64,000 bases of DNA from contig CACBRT010000003.1 in the NCBI GenBank assembly GCA_902541695.1, positions 2,437-66,436 of the forward strand. Direction: 5' to 3'. The translations under genes and the position numbers were made by a program. The DNA is from an uncultured Alphaproteobacteria bacterium. Lineage in GTDB: Bacteria; Pseudomonadota; Alphaproteobacteria; Rhodobacterales; Rhodobacteraceae. Below the pieces are notes generated by a model that made no database searches, was not told where the DNA came from, and worked only from the letters and a program-made list of their open reading frames with translations. Below are positions 11,642 to 24,822 of the stretch, one piece after another. How positions within the stretch are numbered: position 1 is the first letter of the stretch; each line of letters opens with the position of its first letter.

Positions 11642-14600
11642 TTATTTATTATTCAAGTTTAAATAGTCTAAATTTTTTAATTCTTGAAGAGAAATTATAG
11701 AAAGTTCTTTTTTGTTTAAATTTCTCATTGCATGAGCAGCTGCCCATGCACCTGAATTAGAGGTATAGTAAGGAAGATTTTTTTCTAATGCTAATGTTCT
11801 TATTCCTTTACTATCTTCTATAGATTGAAGACCTTCAGTAGTATTAATAACTAAGTCAATTTTATTATCAGTTAGTAAATCAATTATATTTGGTCTGCCT
11901 TCATGAGCTTTTTTAATGTGTTTTACATAAATATTATTTTTCAATAGAAATTGTAAGGTTCCACTCGTTGCAAATATTTTAATACCTAAGCTTAATATTA
12001 TTTCACAAATATCCAAGAGTTTGGTATTTTTATCTTTATTTTTAACTGAAACAAAAGCATTACCTTTATTAGGAAGAATGATTCCAGAGGCAATTTGAGA
12101 TTTTAAAAATGCCCTTGAAAAATTTTTATCAATTCCCATTACCTCTCCAGTAGATCGCATTTCTGGACCCAACAAAATGTCACTTCCAGGAAATCTATTG
12201 AAAGGTAACACAACTTCTTTTATAGCAAAAAAATGTATTTTTGGATTTTTTAAATTATTCTTTGAAATTCCTGCCATTATTAATGCGGCAATTCCTGGAA
12301 CAGGTTTTCCTATAACTTTAGAAACAAATGGAAGTGTTCTGGATGCTCTTGGATTTGCTTCTAATACATAAATATCATTCCCATGTACAGCGAACTGTAT
12401 ATTTAATAAACCTTTAACTTCAAGTGCTTTTGCAAGTTTAATACTTTGTTGTTTTATAGTTGAAATAAGTTCTTTATCTAATGAGTAAGGAGGAAAGCAA
12501 CAGGCACTGTCTCCTGAATGGATTCCAGCCTCCTCAATATGTTGCATCAACCCAACAATAGTTATATTCTTACCATCTGAAATAACATCAACATCTATTT
12601 CGATAGCATCTTTAATAAAACTATCTATTAATATTGGATTTTTCCCACTCACTTTTACTGCATTATTGATATATTTTTTTAAATGATCCTCATTTAACAC
12701 AATTTCCATCGCTCTACCCCCTATGACATAGGAAGGTCTAATGACTACAGGATAAGCTATTTTAGAGGCAATTTGAATTGCCTCTTTTTCGGATCTGGCT
12801 ATACCATTATAAGGCTGTTTTAAATCTAACTTCTTTAGTAGTATTTGAAATTTTTCTCTGTCTTCTGAAATATCTATAGATTCAAGGCTTGTTCCAATAA
12901 TTGGTACATTATATTTTTTAAGAGATTTTGAAAGATTTAAAGGTGTTTGGCCTCCTAGTTGAACAATTACACCTAATAAATTTCCTTTTGAATTTTCTTT
13001 TATAATTATTTCCATTACATGCTCAACTGACAAAGGTTCAAAATAAAGTCTGTCTGAAGTATCATAATCAGTAGAAACTGTTTCAGGATTACAATTTATC
13101 ATGATTGTTTCAATTCCAGCTTTGGAAAGTGAAAAACAAGCATGACAACAACAATAATCAAATTCTATGCCTTGGCCAATTCTATTTGGTCCACCTCCCA
13201 AAATTATAACTTTTTTATTACTACTTGGTCGTGATTCACAATTAATATTTTCTAATTCATTGGTTACGTATGTCGAATACATATAGGATGTATTAGAATT
13301 AAATTCTCCAGCGCAAGTATCTACTCTTTTAAAAACAGCATTTATATTTTTTGATTTTCTTAATTGAAAAATCTCTTCCTCTTTTAAACAAGATAACTCA
13401 CTAAGTCTCTTATCTGTAAATCCTAGAGATTTAATGTATGCTAAATATTCCTTATCTTCTGGTAATTGATGTTTCTTAATATAATTTTCAGCCTCTACAA
13501 TTTCTTTTATCCGTTCTAAAAACCAAAAATCAATTTTTGTAATTTTATTTATAAGTGATAATTCCATACCTTCCCTAATTGCCTGTGCAACTTGAATAAT
13601 ACGTTTTGGATTTTGTTTTGATAAAATTTTTATAATACTATCTTTATCTTTAGGAAAATTTATCTCATTTAGTCCAGAAAGACCAATATCCAAAGAAATT
13701 AGTGCCTTTTGTAGACTTTCGTGAAATGATCTCCCTATTGACATAACCTCGCCCACAGATTTCATAGAGCTTCCTAGTTCTGTAGAAGTTCCAGGAAATT
13801 TTTCAAATGTAAATCTAGGTATTTTTGTAACTATGTAATCTATAGTTGGTTCGAAACTAGCAGGAGTAGTAGAAGTAATATCATTTTTTAATTCATTAAG
13901 AGTATATCCAACAGCTAGTTTAGTTGCAATTTTAGCAATTGGAAAACCAGTAGCTTTTGATGCAAGTGCTGACGATCTTGAAACTCTTGGGTTCATTTCA
14001 ATTACAACAATATCTCCATTATCAGGATTTATAGCCCATTGAACATTTGAGCCTCCCGTTTCAACTCCTATTTCCTTTAAAATTCGAATAGAATCGGTGC
14101 GCATTCTTTGATATTCTTTATCAGTAAGAGTAAGAGCTGGAGCCACGGTAATACTATCTCCAGTATGAACTCCCATGGGGTCAATATTCTCAATAGAGCA
14201 AACAATTATGGAATTATCCATTTTGTCTCTTACTACTTCTAATTCAAATTCTTTCCATCCTAGTAAACTTTCGTCTATTAAGACCTGATTAGCTGGAGAA
14301 ATTTTTAAACCGTTTTTACAAATTCTAAAAAAATCAATTTCATTATAGGCAATACCACCGCCTGATCCACCTAGTGTAAATGCTGGTCTTATAATTGCTG
14401 GTAAACCTATTTTTTTCAATGCAATTCCAGCATCATCTAAGTTTTCAATAATGACTGATTTCGGGCTCTTAATCCCAAGCTTATCCATACAAGTTCTAAA
14501 TTTTTTTCTATTCTCTGCTTTTTCAATAGCAGATTTTGTTGCCCCAATTAATTCTACATTTTCTTTTTTTAATATACCTTTTTCTTCTAATTCTATGGCT

Positions 14601-14893
14601 AGATTGAGAGCAGTTTGTCCTCCCATTGTAGGTAATATTGCTGATGGTTTTTCTTTTTTAATAATTTTTTCTATTGTACTTACATTAATTGGTTCAACGT
14701 AGGTTGAGTCTGCAATTTCAGGATCAGTCATTATAGTTGCTGGATTAGAGTTGATTAATATTACACGATACCCTTCCTCTTTAAGGGCTTTACAAGCTTG
14801 TGTTCCAGAGTAATCAAATTCACAGGCTTGTCCTATCACAATAGGGCCAGCACCAATAATTAATACAGACGAAATATCAGTTCTTTTGGGCAT
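11642..14893 (-). CDS. carB: carbamoyl-phosphate synthase large subunit
   Basis: 1083 aa, duplicated ATP-grasp halves, [23 protein letters not shown]-terminus. Confidence 0.98.
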   Translation of the reverse strand: MPKRTDISSVLIIGAGPIVIGQACEFDYSGTQACKALKEEGYRVILINSNPATIMTDPEIADSTYVEPINVSTIEKIIKKEKPSAILPTMGGQTALNLAIELEEKGILKKENVELIGATKSAIEKAENRKKFRTCMDKLGIKSPKSVIIENLDDAGIALKKIGLPAIIRPAFTLGGSGGGIAYNEIDFFRICKNGLKISPANQVLIDESLLGWKEFELEVVRDKMDNSIIVCSIENIDPMGVHTGDSITVAPALTLTDKEYQRMRTDSIRILKEIGVETGGSNVQWAINPDNGDIVVIEMNPRVSRSSALASKATGFPIAKIATKLAVGYTLNELKNDITSTTPASFEPTIDYIVTKIPRFTFEKFPGTSTELGSSMKSVGEVMSIGRSFHESLQKALISLDIGLSGLNEINFPKDKDSIIKILSKQNPKRIIQVAQAIREGMELSLINKITKIDFWFLERIKEIVEAENYIKKHQLPEDKEYLAYIKSLGFTDKRLSELSCLKEEEIFQLRKSKNINAVFKRVDTCAGEFNSNTSYMYSTYVTNELENINCESRPSSNKKVIILGGGPNRIGQGIEFDYCCCHACFSLSKAGIETIMINCNPETVSTDYDTSDRLYFEPLSVEHVMEIIIKENSKGNLLGVIVQLGGQTPLNLSKSLKKYNVPIIGTSLESIDISEDREKFQILLKKLDLKQPYNGIARSEKEAIQIASKIAYPVVIRPSYVIGGRAMEIVLNEDHLKKYINNAVKVSGKNPILIDSFIKDAIEIDVDVISDGKNITIVGLMQHIEEAGIHSGDSACCFPPYSLDKELISTIKQQSIKLAKALEVKGLLNIQFAVHGNDIYVLEANPRASRTLPFVSKVIGKPVPGIAALIMAGISKNNLKNPKIHFFAIKEVVLPFNRFPGSDILLGPEMRSTGEVMGIDKNFSRAFLKSQIASGIILPNKGNAFVSVKNKDKNTKLLDICEIILSLGIKIFATSGTLQFLLKNNIYVKHIKKAHEGRPNIIDLLTDNKIDLVINTTEGLQSIEDSKGIRTLALEKNLPYYTSNSGAWAAAHAMRNLNKKELSIISLQELKNLDYLNLNNK

Positions 14894-15069
14894 TACACTA
14901 ATTTTAATTTTTACACTTTTTGTCAGTTTGATATTAATTAAGCAAGTGAAAATTAAAAAAAACGATGTTTAATAACAATATAAAACTTATTTGATCATAT
15001 TTAGGGTTTACCCTTTTATATCTTTCTATTATTTGAAAAGTAATTAAGTTTAAATTGTCTAGGGGCATT

Positions 15070-16848
15070 ATGGAAGTATATAGAACTCATAATTGTAATG
15101 AACTTACTCTTGGTGATGTCGATAAGAAAGTTATACTTTCTGGTTGGGTTCATAGAATAAGAGATCATGGTGGTGTACTATTTATTGATTTACGTGACCA
15201 TTACGGAATTACCCAAATAGTAATAGATCCTGATAGCAAAGACTTTTCGACAGCTGAAAAATATAGAGCTGAATGGTGTATTAAAGTTGTTGGTATAGTT
15301 AAATCAAGAGGAAGTGATTTGATTAATGAAAATCTAAGTACAGGTGAAATAGAAGTTTTCGTTGAAACAACAACAATTTTAACAAAAGCTAAAGACTTAC
15401 CTTTACCAGTTTTTGGAGAATTAGAATATCCTGAAGAAACTAGATTAAAATACAGATTTTTAGATCTAAGGAGAGAAGGTCTCCATAACAATATGATTTT
15501 AAGATCTAAAGTAATATCTTCATTAAGAAAAGAAATGTGGAATATTGGTTTCAATGAGTTTCAAACACCAATTTTAACAGCTTCTTCTCCTGAAGGAGCC
15601 AGAGATTTTTTAGTACCTAGTAGATTAAACAAGGGAAAATTTTACGCACTTCCACAGGCTCCTCAACAATTTAAGCAATTAATAATGATGGGTGGTTTTG
15701 ACAAATATTTTCAAATAGCCCCATGTTTTAGAGATGAAGACCCAAGGTCAGATCGTTCACCTACCGATTTTTACCAACTTGATATCGAAATGAGTTTTGT
15801 AACTCAGGAAGATGTCTTGAATACGGTTAAACCTGTTATCGAATGTATATTTAGTAAGTATGGTGGGGATAAGGAAGTAGAAAAAGAATGGCCGCTGATA
15901 TCATACGATGACTCTATATTATGGTATGGTTGTGACAAGCCTGATTTACGTAATCCTATAAAGATGCAAATTGTTAGTGATATTTTTCGAGAATCAGGAT
16001 TTGCTGTCTTTTCTAATATATTAAAAAATCAAGGCACCGAAATAAAAGCTATTCCAGCACCAGGTGGGGGAAGTAGGAATTTTTGTGATAGAATGAACTC
16101 CTATGCGCAAAAAGAAGGATTACCTGGGATGGGATATATTTTTTGGAGAGAAGTAGACGGAAAAATTGATGCAGCAGGACCCTTAGCTAAAAATATTGGT
16201 AATGAAAAATCTGAACAGATAAGGAAACAGCTGGATTTGGAAATAGGTGACGCTGTTTTTTTTCTTGGAGGGAAACCTTCACAATTTGAGGCATTTTCTG
16301 CTAGGGCTAGAAATCATATTGGCAATCAACTAAATTTAGTGAATAAAGGAGTTTTCGCATTTGCTTGGATTGTTAATTTTCCCATGTATGAAAAAGATGA
16401 AGAGACAGGAAACATTGATTTTTCCCATAATCCTTTTTCTATGCCTCAGGGAGGAATTAAATCCCTTGAAGATGATCCATTGAAAATTAGAGGCTTCCAA
16501 TATGATTTAGCATGTAATGGTTATGAATTATTATCTGGGGCAATAAGAAACCACGAGTTGGAAACTATGTTTAAAGCTTTTGAACTCGCTGGTTATTCAA
16601 AAGATGAAGTTTCTTTAAAGTTTCAAGGGATTATTGAAGGTTTGAAATTTGGACCTCCACCTCATGGGGGTTGCGCATTAGGTATTGATAGAATGATAAT
16701 GCTATTAGCGGATGAAGAAAATATTAGAGAGGTAATTATGTTTCCAATGAATCAAAGAGGGGAAGATCTTATGATGAACGCACCTAGTTCTCCATCAAGT
16801 GAACAGCTAAGAGAATTGAATATTAGAGTGATTGAAACTGAGACTTAA
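15070..16848 (+). CDS. aspS: aspartate--tRNA ligase
   Basis: Track ORF opens at TTG 15055. ATG 15070 ([12 protein letters not shown]) after AGGGG is the likelier start. [17 protein letters not shown] and GGCALGIDR class II motifs. Confidence 0.97.
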   Translation: MEVYRTHNCNELTLGDVDKKVILSGWVHRIRDHGGVLFIDLRDHYGITQIVIDPDSKDFSTAEKYRAEWCIKVVGIVKSRGSDLINENLSTGEIEVFVETTTILTKAKDLPLPVFGELEYPEETRLKYRFLDLRREGLHNNMILRSKVISSLRKEMWNIGFNEFQTPILTASSPEGARDFLVPSRLNKGKFYALPQAPQQFKQLIMMGGFDKYFQIAPCFRDEDPRSDRSPTDFYQLDIEMSFVTQEDVLNTVKPVIECIFSKYGGDKEVEKEWPLISYDDSILWYGCDKPDLRNPIKMQIVSDIFRESGFAVFSNILKNQGTEIKAIPAPGGGSRNFCDRMNSYAQKEGLPGMGYIFWREVDGKIDAAGPLAKNIGNEKSEQIRKQLDLEIGDAVFFLGGKPSQFEAFSARARNHIGNQLNLVNKGVFAFAWIVNFPMYEKDEETGNIDFSHNPFSMPQGGIKSLEDDPLKIRGFQYDLACNGYELLSGAIRNHELETMFKAFELAGYSKDEVSLKFQGIIEGLKFGPPPHGGCALGIDRMIMLLADEENIREVIMFPMNQRGEDLMMNAPSSPSSEQLRELNIRVIETET

Positions 16849-16865
16849 CTTGTAGGTTTATATTT

Positions 16866-17438
16866 ATGCAAAAAACCAAAAATATTTCTGGCTTCTTTTC
16901 TTCGAGAAAATCAATTTCTGTAAAAAATTTAAAGTATCCTGGACCTAACAAAAACCAAACTATGGCAATATTTAAAAATGCTTTGAGAGTACCTGATCAT
17001 GGGAAACTTGAACCTTGGAGAATTGTTGTAATTTCAGAGGATTGTAAAAAAAAATATATCTCTATTTTAGAAGAAAGAGGAAAAAAGTTGCATATTGATC
17101 CTTTGAAAATTGAAAAAAGTAAAACTAATATATTAAAAACACCTTTAACTTTAGCTGTGATTTGTTCTCCAATTAAAAATTCAAAAATTCCTGAAGTTGA
17201 ACAGGTTCTTTCCTGTGGAGCTTTGTGCATGAACATATTAAATAATTTTCTTGCAAATGGATGGGGCGCTAATTGGTTAACAGGTTGGATGGCCAATGAT
17301 AAAGAATTAGGTAGATTAGCATTTAATAATTCAAAGGACGAGTTCGTTTCTGGATTTATTTATGTTGGGAGTCATGAAGATAAATCTCCAGATAGGCAAA
17401 GACCAAAATTAGAGGACAAGATTTCTTATTTCAAATAA
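16866..17438 (+). CDS. nitroreductase-family protein
   Basis: 190 aa, PDHGKLEPWR motif typical of the nitroreductase fold. Confidence 0.75.
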   Translation: MQKTKNISGFFSSRKSISVKNLKYPGPNKNQTMAIFKNALRVPDHGKLEPWRIVVISEDCKKKYISILEERGKKLHIDPLKIEKSKTNILKTPLTLAVICSPIKNSKIPEVEQVLSCGALCMNILNNFLANGWGANWLTGWMANDKELGRLAFNNSKDEFVSGFIYVGSHEDKSPDRQRPKLEDKISYFK

Positions 17439-17466
17439 ACATTTGTAATTTTAATATTTCATTTTT

Positions 17467-17700
17467 TTAAATTAAAAATATCAGATATATTACTATCATT
17501 GAAATTACCCAAAGAATAAACGTGCAAACCGTAACTAATAGCATTTTTTGTTTAATATTTGCATTTATTGGAGCAGATATTGGAGTTCCGTAAGAGCTTT
17601 TTCCCTCATCTCCTTGTGTTTTAATATTAAGTGGCAATACAACAAATAGTATAAGGAACCAAAAAACTGCAAAAAGTACTAAAGATGCTGTTATTGTCAT
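17467..17700 (-). CDS. DUF1467-like small membrane protein
   Basis: 77 aa, two hydrophobic helices. Lies downstream of methylmalonyl-CoA epimerase as in other Alphaproteobacteria. Confidence 0.6.
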   Translation of the reverse strand: MTITASLVLFAVFWFLILFVVLPLNIKTQGDEGKSSYGTPISAPINANIKQKMLLVTVCTFILWVISMIVIYLIFLI

Positions 17701-17711
17701 ATGAAATTATT

Positions 17712-18116
17712 TCACTCCTCTTGTAATTCTATTAAAGTTCCATAAAAATCTGATGGGTATAGAAAAATCACGGGTTTTCCATGTGCTCCGATTTTTGGAT
17801 TATTATCACCAATTAATTTATACTTTTTTTTAGTTAAATTAATTATAGCGGTTTCTATATTTTTTACTTCATAACAAATATGATGTATTCCGCCATTTTT
17901 ATTTTTAATAAAAAAATTTGAAATAGGGCTGTTCTCTCCAAGTGGAGTAATTAATTCAATTTTTGTATTAGGTAATTCAATAAATACAACAGTCACACCA
18001 TGCTCTATTTGATCTGAAGGTTCACTTACTTTAGCACCCAATATTTCTCTGTAGGTATATGAAGCAGACTTTATGTCTTTTACCGCAATTGCAATATGAT
18101 TCAGTCTTCCTAACAT
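17712..18116 (-). CDS. mce: methylmalonyl-CoA epimerase (VOC/glyoxalase fold)
   Basis: 134 aa, LNHIAIAV.D, IHHICYEV motifs. Confidence 0.85.
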   Translation of the reverse strand: MLGRLNHIAIAVKDIKSASYTYREILGAKVSEPSDQIEHGVTVVFIELPNTKIELITPLGENSPISNFFIKNKNGGIHHICYEVKNIETAIINLTKKKYKLIGDNNPKIGAHGKPVIFLYPSDFYGTLIELQEE

Positions 18117-19273
18117 TTTAGTGCTTTTCCCTTTTTAACATCATCATAAAAGGCATTTAGTATATCGGTATAAATATTTTCTAAACCAATAATTTGTGAT
18201 ATTTGAATAGATTCATCTACAGCATGCATCTTCTTTCCAACTAATCCAAATTCAACTACAGGACATTTTTTAATTATATATCTCGCATCTGATGTTCCCC
18301 CAGTTGTAGAAAAAGTTGCTGAAATTCCAGTATATTTTTTAACAGACTTTTTAACTAATTTAGCTAGATAACCTGGTTTAGAAAAAAAAGGCTCACCTGA
18401 GATATTTATTTTAATATTTATTTTTGTTTTAGTTAACTTTTCAATATTTTTGGCACATTTTTTTAACCAATCACTAATTTTTTTTCCAGTGTGTTTATCA
18501 TTAAACCTTATATTAATAATCATTTCTATATTTTTAGGTATAACATTATTTGTCTTATTTTTAGTTGATATAGATGTGGTTACTAATGTTGATGGTTCAA
18601 AAAATTCAGACCCATTATCCAAAGGTTTCCTAGTTAATAACTTTATTAGATCCATACTTGCATGAATTGGATTAATAGCTAGAAGTGGGTAAGCAGAATG
18701 GCCTTGTTTTCCATTAATTGAAAAATACCCTGTAAGTGAACCTTTTCTTCCAATTTTTATCATATCACCTAATTCTTCAGGGCAGGTTGGCTCTCCAACT
18801 AAACAAAAATCCATACGTTCATTTTCTTTATCCATCCATTCTAATATTGCTTTTGTACCATCTTTGGCCTTACCTTCTTCGTCAGATGTGATTAAAAGTG
18901 CTATAGAAAATAGAGGGGTAGTTTGTTTACTGACACTGATTGCTGCTGTGCAAAATGCTGCAACTGCTGATTTCATATCTACTGATCCTCGTCCATAGAT
19001 TTCTTCACCAATTATTTTTCCGGAAAATGGATTTGATTTCCAGTCACTAATTTCACCAGGATTTACCACATCAATATGTCCAGAAAATCCAAAGGTAGGT
19101 AATTGTTTTGAACCCCATCTTAAAAAAAGATTTTTAACTCCATTTTTATTAATCTCATAAACTTTAAAATCAGTATCTTTAAAAAGTTCTTTTATTACTT
19201 TAAAGGTTCCTGCTTCTTCAGGAGTAACAGAATGGCATTTAATTAACTGAGAAGTTAGATTGATAGAATCCAT
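18110..19273 (-). CDS. dapE: succinyl-diaminopimelate desuccinylase
   Basis: 387 aa M20 peptidase, GHIDVV, SDEEG motifs, adjacent to dapD. Confidence 0.9.
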   Translation of the reverse strand: MDSINLTSQLIKCHSVTPEEAGTFKVIKELFKDTDFKVYEINKNGVKNLFLRWGSKQLPTFGFSGHIDVVNPGEISDWKSNPFSGKIIGEEIYGRGSVDMKSAVAAFCTAAISVSKQTTPLFSIALLITSDEEGKAKDGTKAILEWMDKENERMDFCLVGEPTCPEELGDMIKIGRKGSLTGYFSINGKQGHSAYPLLAINPIHASMDLIKLLTRKPLDNGSEFFEPSTLVTTSISTKNKTNNVIPKNIEMIINIRFNDKHTGKKISDWLKKCAKNIEKLTKTKINIKINISGEPFFSKPGYLAKLVKKSVKKYTGISATFSTTGGTSDARYIIKKCPVVEFGLVGKKMHAVDESIQISQIIGLENIYTDILNAFYDDVKKGKALKC

Positions 19274-19290
19274 AATAAATTTTTTTCTAA

Positions 19291-20121
19291 TTAATCTCTA
19301 AGTAAATCATTAATAGATGTTTTTGACCTTGTTTTTTCGTCAACTTGTTTAACTATAACAGCACAGTAAAGGCTAAGTCCTCCTTTTTTAGAAGGAAGAG
19401 AACCTGGAACTACCACTGAATAGGGAGGAATCTCTCCATAGATAATTTCGTTAGTTTCTCTTATCACTATTTTAGTTGATTTACCAATGAATACACCCAT
19501 TCCTATAACTGCACCTTTTCTCACAATACATCCCTCTACTACTTCTGATCTTGCACCTATGAAACAATCGTCTTCAATAATCGTTGGAGAAGCTTGCATT
19601 GGTTCTAATACACCACCAATTCCTACTCCACCTGATAGGTGTACATTTTTACCAATTTGTGCACAAGAACCGACAGTAGCCCAAGTATCAACCATTGTAC
19701 CTTCATCTACATAAGCCCCCAAATTTACAAAACTTGGCATCAGTACAACACCAGGAGCTACATAAGCAGATTTTCGTACAATACAATTTGGAACTGCCCT
19801 AAATCCATATTTTTTCCAATCATCTTCTGTCCAATTTAAAAATTTGTTATCAACTTTATCCCACCAATTAGTATTTTGAGGACCTCCAGGTTGTAAGGTC
19901 ATATCTTTTAGACGAAAACTTAATAAAACTGCTTTTTTTGCCCATTGATTCACTTTCCATTTATTTTCTTCAATAGGTTCTGCTACCCGTAATTTTCCAG
20001 TTCCAAGCAGGTCTAATGTGTCAAGAATTGAATCTTTAACCTCCCCAATTGTATTTGTAGAAATATTATCTTTATTATCCCATGCTTCATTAATAATTTT
20101 CTCTAGATTTTCTATGCCCAT
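19291..20121 (-). CDS. dapD: tetrahydrodipicolinate N-succinyltransferase
   Basis: 276 aa, hexapeptide-repeat core ([36 protein letters not shown]). Confidence 0.93.
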   Translation of the reverse strand: MGIENLEKIINEAWDNKDNISTNTIGEVKDSILDTLDLLGTGKLRVAEPIEENKWKVNQWAKKAVLLSFRLKDMTLQPGGPQNTNWWDKVDNKFLNWTEDDWKKYGFRAVPNCIVRKSAYVAPGVVLMPSFVNLGAYVDEGTMVDTWATVGSCAQIGKNVHLSGGVGIGGVLEPMQASPTIIEDDCFIGARSEVVEGCIVRKGAVIGMGVFIGKSTKIVIRETNEIIYGEIPPYSVVVPGSLPSKKGGLSLYCAVIVKQVDEKTRSKTSINDLLRD

Positions 20122-20143
20122 TCCTGTTCCTTTCGTAGTATTT

Positions 20144-21040
20144 TTATTTTTTTAAGATAAATTCTCTTACTTCAGTTTTTAACAGTGGTGAAAACTGATT
20201 ATCTGAAATTAATGTGAGATAAATTTTACCCTCACGGTCTTTCCATTTGCTCAAACCCTCAAAATTATAATATTCCCAAGGTAAACTTTCTAATAATATT
20301 TCAGAATTAATAACAGTATTATCTTCAATTATAATTCTTCGTAATCTAATTTTGAACCCATCATAAAATGAGAATTTTCTTTCAAGAATTATCAAGTTTT
20401 CATCATCAATCATTTCTGCATCAACTACTTTGAAGTCTTTGTTTATTTTGATTTCATCTATTATAGACCACTCATTATCATGGAATCTGTATATAGGATG
20501 GTGTTCTTTTCCTTTAGGTGGTAATTCGGGAATGGCAAAAAGTTCTCCGTTTTTTTTGATTGCAAGAGCTTCAATGCCATCATTAAATAAAAATTTATCA
20601 AAATCTGGGTGTTTTGGTAAAAATTTACCAGGTCCATTTAAAGCCTCATGATACATAATTCTATTATTTGATTCGAATGATATATAAAATCCATTTTCTT
20701 TAACTCTGACTATTGATTCACTATCAACATTTCTTCCAGTTAAATGTTCTTTTTTGCTGCTAAAAAGTTGGCCCTGATCTTTAATATCAAAATCAAGTAT
20801 TTTGTTTAAATTATCTCTGATTATTTTACCTTTGAAATAATAAGATTTATCACTAATAAGTACGAAATTCTCACCATTTTCGGATAATGTTATACCTGAT
20901 ATACCCCCGAAATTATTATTTTCATGTGTTATTAATTTAGATCCTAATAAATTTATTTCCCACTTATTTGTTGTTATTGAATATGTAAAGAAAGGAATTA
21001 AATAAAAAATTATAACAAGTAATAATAAATTCTTTTGCAT
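20144..21040 (-). CDS. secreted phytase-like esterase family protein
   Basis: 298 aa with N-terminal signal-like helix, FGGISGI...LISDK and NFEGLS motifs. Family call from memory. Confidence 0.5.
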   Translation of the reverse strand: MQKNLLLLVIIFYLIPFFTYSITTNKWEINLLGSKLITHENNNFGGISGITLSENGENFVLISDKSYYFKGKIIRDNLNKILDFDIKDQGQLFSSKKEHLTGRNVDSESIVRVKENGFYISFESNNRIMYHEALNGPGKFLPKHPDFDKFLFNDGIEALAIKKNGELFAIPELPPKGKEHHPIYRFHDNEWSIIDEIKINKDFKVVDAEMIDDENLIILERKFSFYDGFKIRLRRIIIEDNTVINSEILLESLPWEYYNFEGLSKWKDREGKIYLTLISDNQFSPLLKTEVREFILKK

Positions 21041-21160
21041 TTTTTAAATATAGCTATCAAAATTATATTCAGAGGATATGGATCATATACGCTTTAGTTT
21101 ATTATATTTTAGTTTATAAGTTATAAAGTCAGATAAAATATACATTATATAGATATACAA

Positions 21161-21445
21161 ATGGTTTCACTTATTCAAATAATATCTGCTTTACTAAATA
21201 TTGTTACATGGCTTGTAATTATTGATGTAGTAATGTCTTTGCTTATCCAATTTAGAATCCTTGACCAAAGGAATCAAATTGTGTCCCAAATTTGGTTATC
21301 AATTCGAAATGTATTAGAGCCACTATATTCAAGAATAAGATCTTTTTTACCTAAAACTATTGGATTTGATTTGGCACCAGCAGTTTTGTTGTTTGGAATA
21401 TTTGCTATACAAACAATTATAAGAAATAATTTTAATCAGTATTAG
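21161..21445 (+). CDS. YggT-family membrane protein
   Basis: 94 aa, two TM segments, typical YggT size and pattern. 3' end overlaps argG convergently by 14 nt. Confidence 0.75.
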   Translation: MVSLIQIISALLNIVTWLVIIDVVMSLLIQFRILDQRNQIVSQIWLSIRNVLEPLYSRIRSFLPKTIGFDLAPAVLLFGIFAIQTIIRNNFNQY

Positions 21446-22667
21446 TTTTTTTTAATTTCCTTAGTGCTAATAATCTTAATCTTAGTGCATTTAATTTAAT
21501 AAAACCAGAAGCATCTCCTTGGTTGTAGGTACCCTCGTCATCTTCAAATGTGACTTGTTTTTCTGAATATAGGCTTTGCTTTGATTGTCTTGCAATTGAT
21601 CTGACACTTCCTTTATATAGTTTCAGAGTAACTTCACCCTCCACGTATTTCTGACTGATATTGATAAGAGATTGTAACATTTCTCTTTCAGGAGAATACC
21701 AAAGTCCATTATATATAAGTTCAGAATATTTCGGCATTAATTCGTCCTTCAAGTGAGAAGCTCCTCTATCTAATGTAATACTTTCTATTGCTCTGCGAGC
21801 TTCAAGTAAAATGGTGCCACCAGGAGTTTCATAAATTCCTCTAGACTTCATTCCAATAAATCTACTCTCAACAAGATCTAATCTTCCAATGCCATGTTTG
21901 CTACCTAATTCATTTAATTTTTCTAGTAGACAATGTTTTTTCATTTCTTGGTCATTAATTGAAACCATATCTCCTGCTTCAAAATTTATTTTAATAATCT
22001 CAGCATTTTCTGGGGCATTTTCTGGAGAACAAGTTCTTTGAAAAACATATTCTGGTGCAATTTCTGAGGGATCCTCCAATACTTTACCTTCAGATGACGT
22101 ATGTAGAATGTTAGCATCAACCGAAAACGGAGCTTCACCTTTTTTGTCCTTCGAGATAGGAATTTGGTTTTTTTCTGCGAACTCTAGTAATTTACTTCTA
22201 CTATTTAAATCCCATTCTCTCCAAGGACTAATTATTTTTATATTTGGATTTAATGCATAACAGGACAGCTCAAATCTTACTTGGTCATTACCTTTTCCGG
22301 TAGCTCCATGAGAAACAGTGTCTGCGTTAACTCTACTAGCAATTTCAATTAACTTTTTTGAAATTAATGGTCTTGCAATTGCAGTTCCAAGTAAATACTG
22401 ACCTTCGTATAATGCGTTTGATCTAAACATAGGAAAAACAAAGTCTCTTACAAACTCTTCTTTAAGGTCCTCAATAAATATATTTTCAGGTTTTACTCCT
22501 AAAAGAAGAGCTTTTTCCCTTGCAGGTTCAAGTTCTTCTTTTTGTCCTATATCTGCAGTAAAAGTCACAACTTCATAATTATAATTCAACTGTAGCCATT
22601 TTAAAATTATGGAAGTATCTAAACCACCTGAATAAGCTAAAACAACTTTCTTAGGTTTTCTATTCAT
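21432..22667 (-). CDS. argG: argininosuccinate synthase
   Basis: 411 aa, [12 protein letters not shown]-binding motif. Confidence 0.97.
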   Translation of the reverse strand: MNRKPKKVVLAYSGGLDTSIILKWLQLNYNYEVVTFTADIGQKEELEPAREKALLLGVKPENIFIEDLKEEFVRDFVFPMFRSNALYEGQYLLGTAIARPLISKKLIEIASRVNADTVSHGATGKGNDQVRFELSCYALNPNIKIISPWREWDLNSRSKLLEFAEKNQIPISKDKKGEAPFSVDANILHTSSEGKVLEDPSEIAPEYVFQRTCSPENAPENAEIIKINFEAGDMVSINDQEMKKHCLLEKLNELGSKHGIGRLDLVESRFIGMKSRGIYETPGGTILLEARRAIESITLDRGASHLKDELMPKYSELIYNGLWYSPEREMLQSLINISQKYVEGEVTLKLYKGSVRSIARQSKQSLYSEKQVTFEDDEGTYNQGDASGFIKLNALRLRLLALRKLKKTNTD

Positions 22668-22830
22668 CTTTAAAAACCTCCATATTAATTAAAAAAATAT
22701 TAAATTTATTAAATAATTTTAATTTTATGGCAAGTAAATATGAAATCAATTTTTAAATCTATAAAGAAAGAAAATCAAATGAGATGTTACTTAATTGATT
22801 ATTGACTATGTATATGCTTTAATTAATTTA

Positions 22831-24009
22831 ATGAGTGAATTATTTAATTTTAATTTCAATATTACACCTAATGTTCGTTTTGGTTCTAACATATTATTAT
22901 CCTCTTCAGCTGAAATAAAAAAAATTTTAGGGCCAAGAATATTAGTAGTCACAGATCCTTTATTATCTAAGTTAGGATTATATAAACCTTTAGTAGATCA
23001 GCTAATATCTAAAGGCGTAAAAATCAAAATTTTTGATAAGGTAAATGAAGACCCTTCAATTGAAAATTTAGAAACAGCAATTGAAGAAGCAACAGTTTTT
23101 TTAGCTACTGGTATATTAGGTTTTGGAGGGGGATCCCCAATGGATGTAGCAAAGTTAACTGCGTTATTGTTAGGATCAAATGATAAAATTGATGAAATTT
23201 GGGGAGTTAATAATGTTGTAGGCCCAAGATTACCACTCGCTTTAATACCTACAACTTCTGGTACAGGTTCTGAAGTAACGCCAATATCTATAATAACTTT
23301 ATCAAACTATGAAAAAAAAGGTGTGTCATCAAAAGTTATAATTCCAGATTTAGCTTTATTAGATTCACATTTAACTGCTGATCTTCCATCTAAAACTACT
23401 GCTAGTACTGGAATAGATGCTATGGTTCATGCTATTGAGGCTTATACCTCTAAAAGTGCAAATAATAATCCAATCTCAAAAGCACTTGCTGAAAAAGCCC
23501 TTGATCTAATTGGGGGTTCAATTATTCAAGCAGTTCAAAATGGTAAAAATGATGAATTATCTAGAAACAAAATGTTACTAGGTTCATTGATGGCAGGGAT
23601 GTCATTTGCAAATTCACCAGTTGCTGCAGTACATGCTTTGGCTTACCCCCTTGGAGGTAAATATAAAATTACGCATGGATTATCTAATGCATTAATCTTA
23701 CCCTATGTTATCACTTTTAATATGAAAGATGAAGAAACAAGAAATTCATATCTTTATTTATCAGACATAATATTTCCTCAAATAAAGCATATTAAAAATT
23801 CCCAAGATAAATCTTTATTATTTATTAATGAGTTTATAAATTTGTCAAAAAGGTTTAATTTACCTACCACAATAAGAGAACTCGGTATTCCGAAAAAAGC
23901 GTGCAGAGAAATGTCTATTGAAGCAATGAAACAAGAAAGATTGTTGATAAATAATCCATTAAGCCTTTCACAAAATGACATTCAAAAAATTTATGAGCAA
24001 GCTTGGTGA
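22831..24009 (+). CDS. iron-containing alcohol dehydrogenase family protein
   Basis: Track ORF opens at 22795; ATG 22831 (MSELFNFNF) is the likelier start. GFGGGSPMDVAK and metal-site H..E..T / HALAYPLG motifs. Confidence 0.85.
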   Translation: MSELFNFNFNITPNVRFGSNILLSSSAEIKKILGPRILVVTDPLLSKLGLYKPLVDQLISKGVKIKIFDKVNEDPSIENLETAIEEATVFLATGILGFGGGSPMDVAKLTALLLGSNDKIDEIWGVNNVVGPRLPLALIPTTSGTGSEVTPISIITLSNYEKKGVSSKVIIPDLALLDSHLTADLPSKTTASTGIDAMVHAIEAYTSKSANNNPISKALAEKALDLIGGSIIQAVQNGKNDELSRNKMLLGSLMAGMSFANSPVAAVHALAYPLGGKYKITHGLSNALILPYVITFNMKDEETRNSYLYLSDIIFPQIKHIKNSQDKSLLFINEFINLSKRFNLPTTIRELGIPKKACREMSIEAMKQERLLINNPLSLSQNDIQKIYEQAW

Positions 24010-24036
24010 TAAAAAATATGGTTTTATATATATCCT

Positions 24037-24819
24037 ATGCTTAGCTTTGCTCGCTTTTCAAATCAAAAATTTAATGAATATTTAATTATAGCTCATGGTC
24101 TTTTTGGTTCAAAAAAAAACTGGACAAATACAGCTAAATTTTTAAGTGAAAATCTTAATCTTGAAATAATAGTTGTAGATTTAAGAAACCATGGATCCTC
24201 ATTTTGGTCTGATAGTCATGATTATTTATCAATGGCTAGTGATTTGATTGAATTATCAAAAAACTTTTCAAAAAAAGTAACTTTACTTGGACATTCAATG
24301 GGTGGTAAAGCAGCTATGTATGCTTGTCTTTCTTACCCAGAAATTTTTTACAAATTAATTGTTGTTGATATTAGTCCTTTAAATTATTCCTCTTCTGAGT
24401 TTATTAACTATATAGAAATTTTACAGAGATTGGATTTGACTAAAATTCAATCAAGAAAGGATGCTGACCTGGAGTTAGGAAGTCAGATAGTTGACAACAA
24501 TATACGGTCGTTCTTACTTCAGAATCTTTTCAGAAAGGATAACGGTAATTATAGTTGGAAGGTCAACTTAGAAGCTTTAAAAAAAAATATACATCATATA
24601 ATGTCTTTTCCAACCATTCAAAGTAGATTTGAAGGTAAGACTTTATTTATTAAAGGTGAAAGCTCTAATTATATAACTGAATCACATATTCCTAAAATTA
24701 AAAAATTTTTCCCTAACTCCAACCTGAAAAAAATTACGAGTTCAGGGCATTGGCCTCATGTTGAAAAACAAGATTTATTTAGAAAAGAGATTAAGAATTT
24801 TTTTCTTAGGAATTCATAA
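24037..24819 (+). CDS. alpha/beta hydrolase
   Basis: 260 aa, nucleophile elbow GHSMGG and C-terminal SGHWPH. Confidence 0.8.
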   Translation: MLSFARFSNQKFNEYLIIAHGLFGSKKNWTNTAKFLSENLNLEIIVVDLRNHGSSFWSDSHDYLSMASDLIELSKNFSKKVTLLGHSMGGKAAMYACLSYPEIFYKLIVVDISPLNYSSSEFINYIEILQRLDLTKIQSRKDADLELGSQIVDNNIRSFLLQNLFRKDNGNYSWKVNLEALKKNIHHIMSFPTIQSRFEGKTLFIKGESSNYITESHIPKIKKFFPNSNLKKITSSGHWPHVEKQDLFRKEIKNFFLRNS

Positions 24820-24822
24820 AAT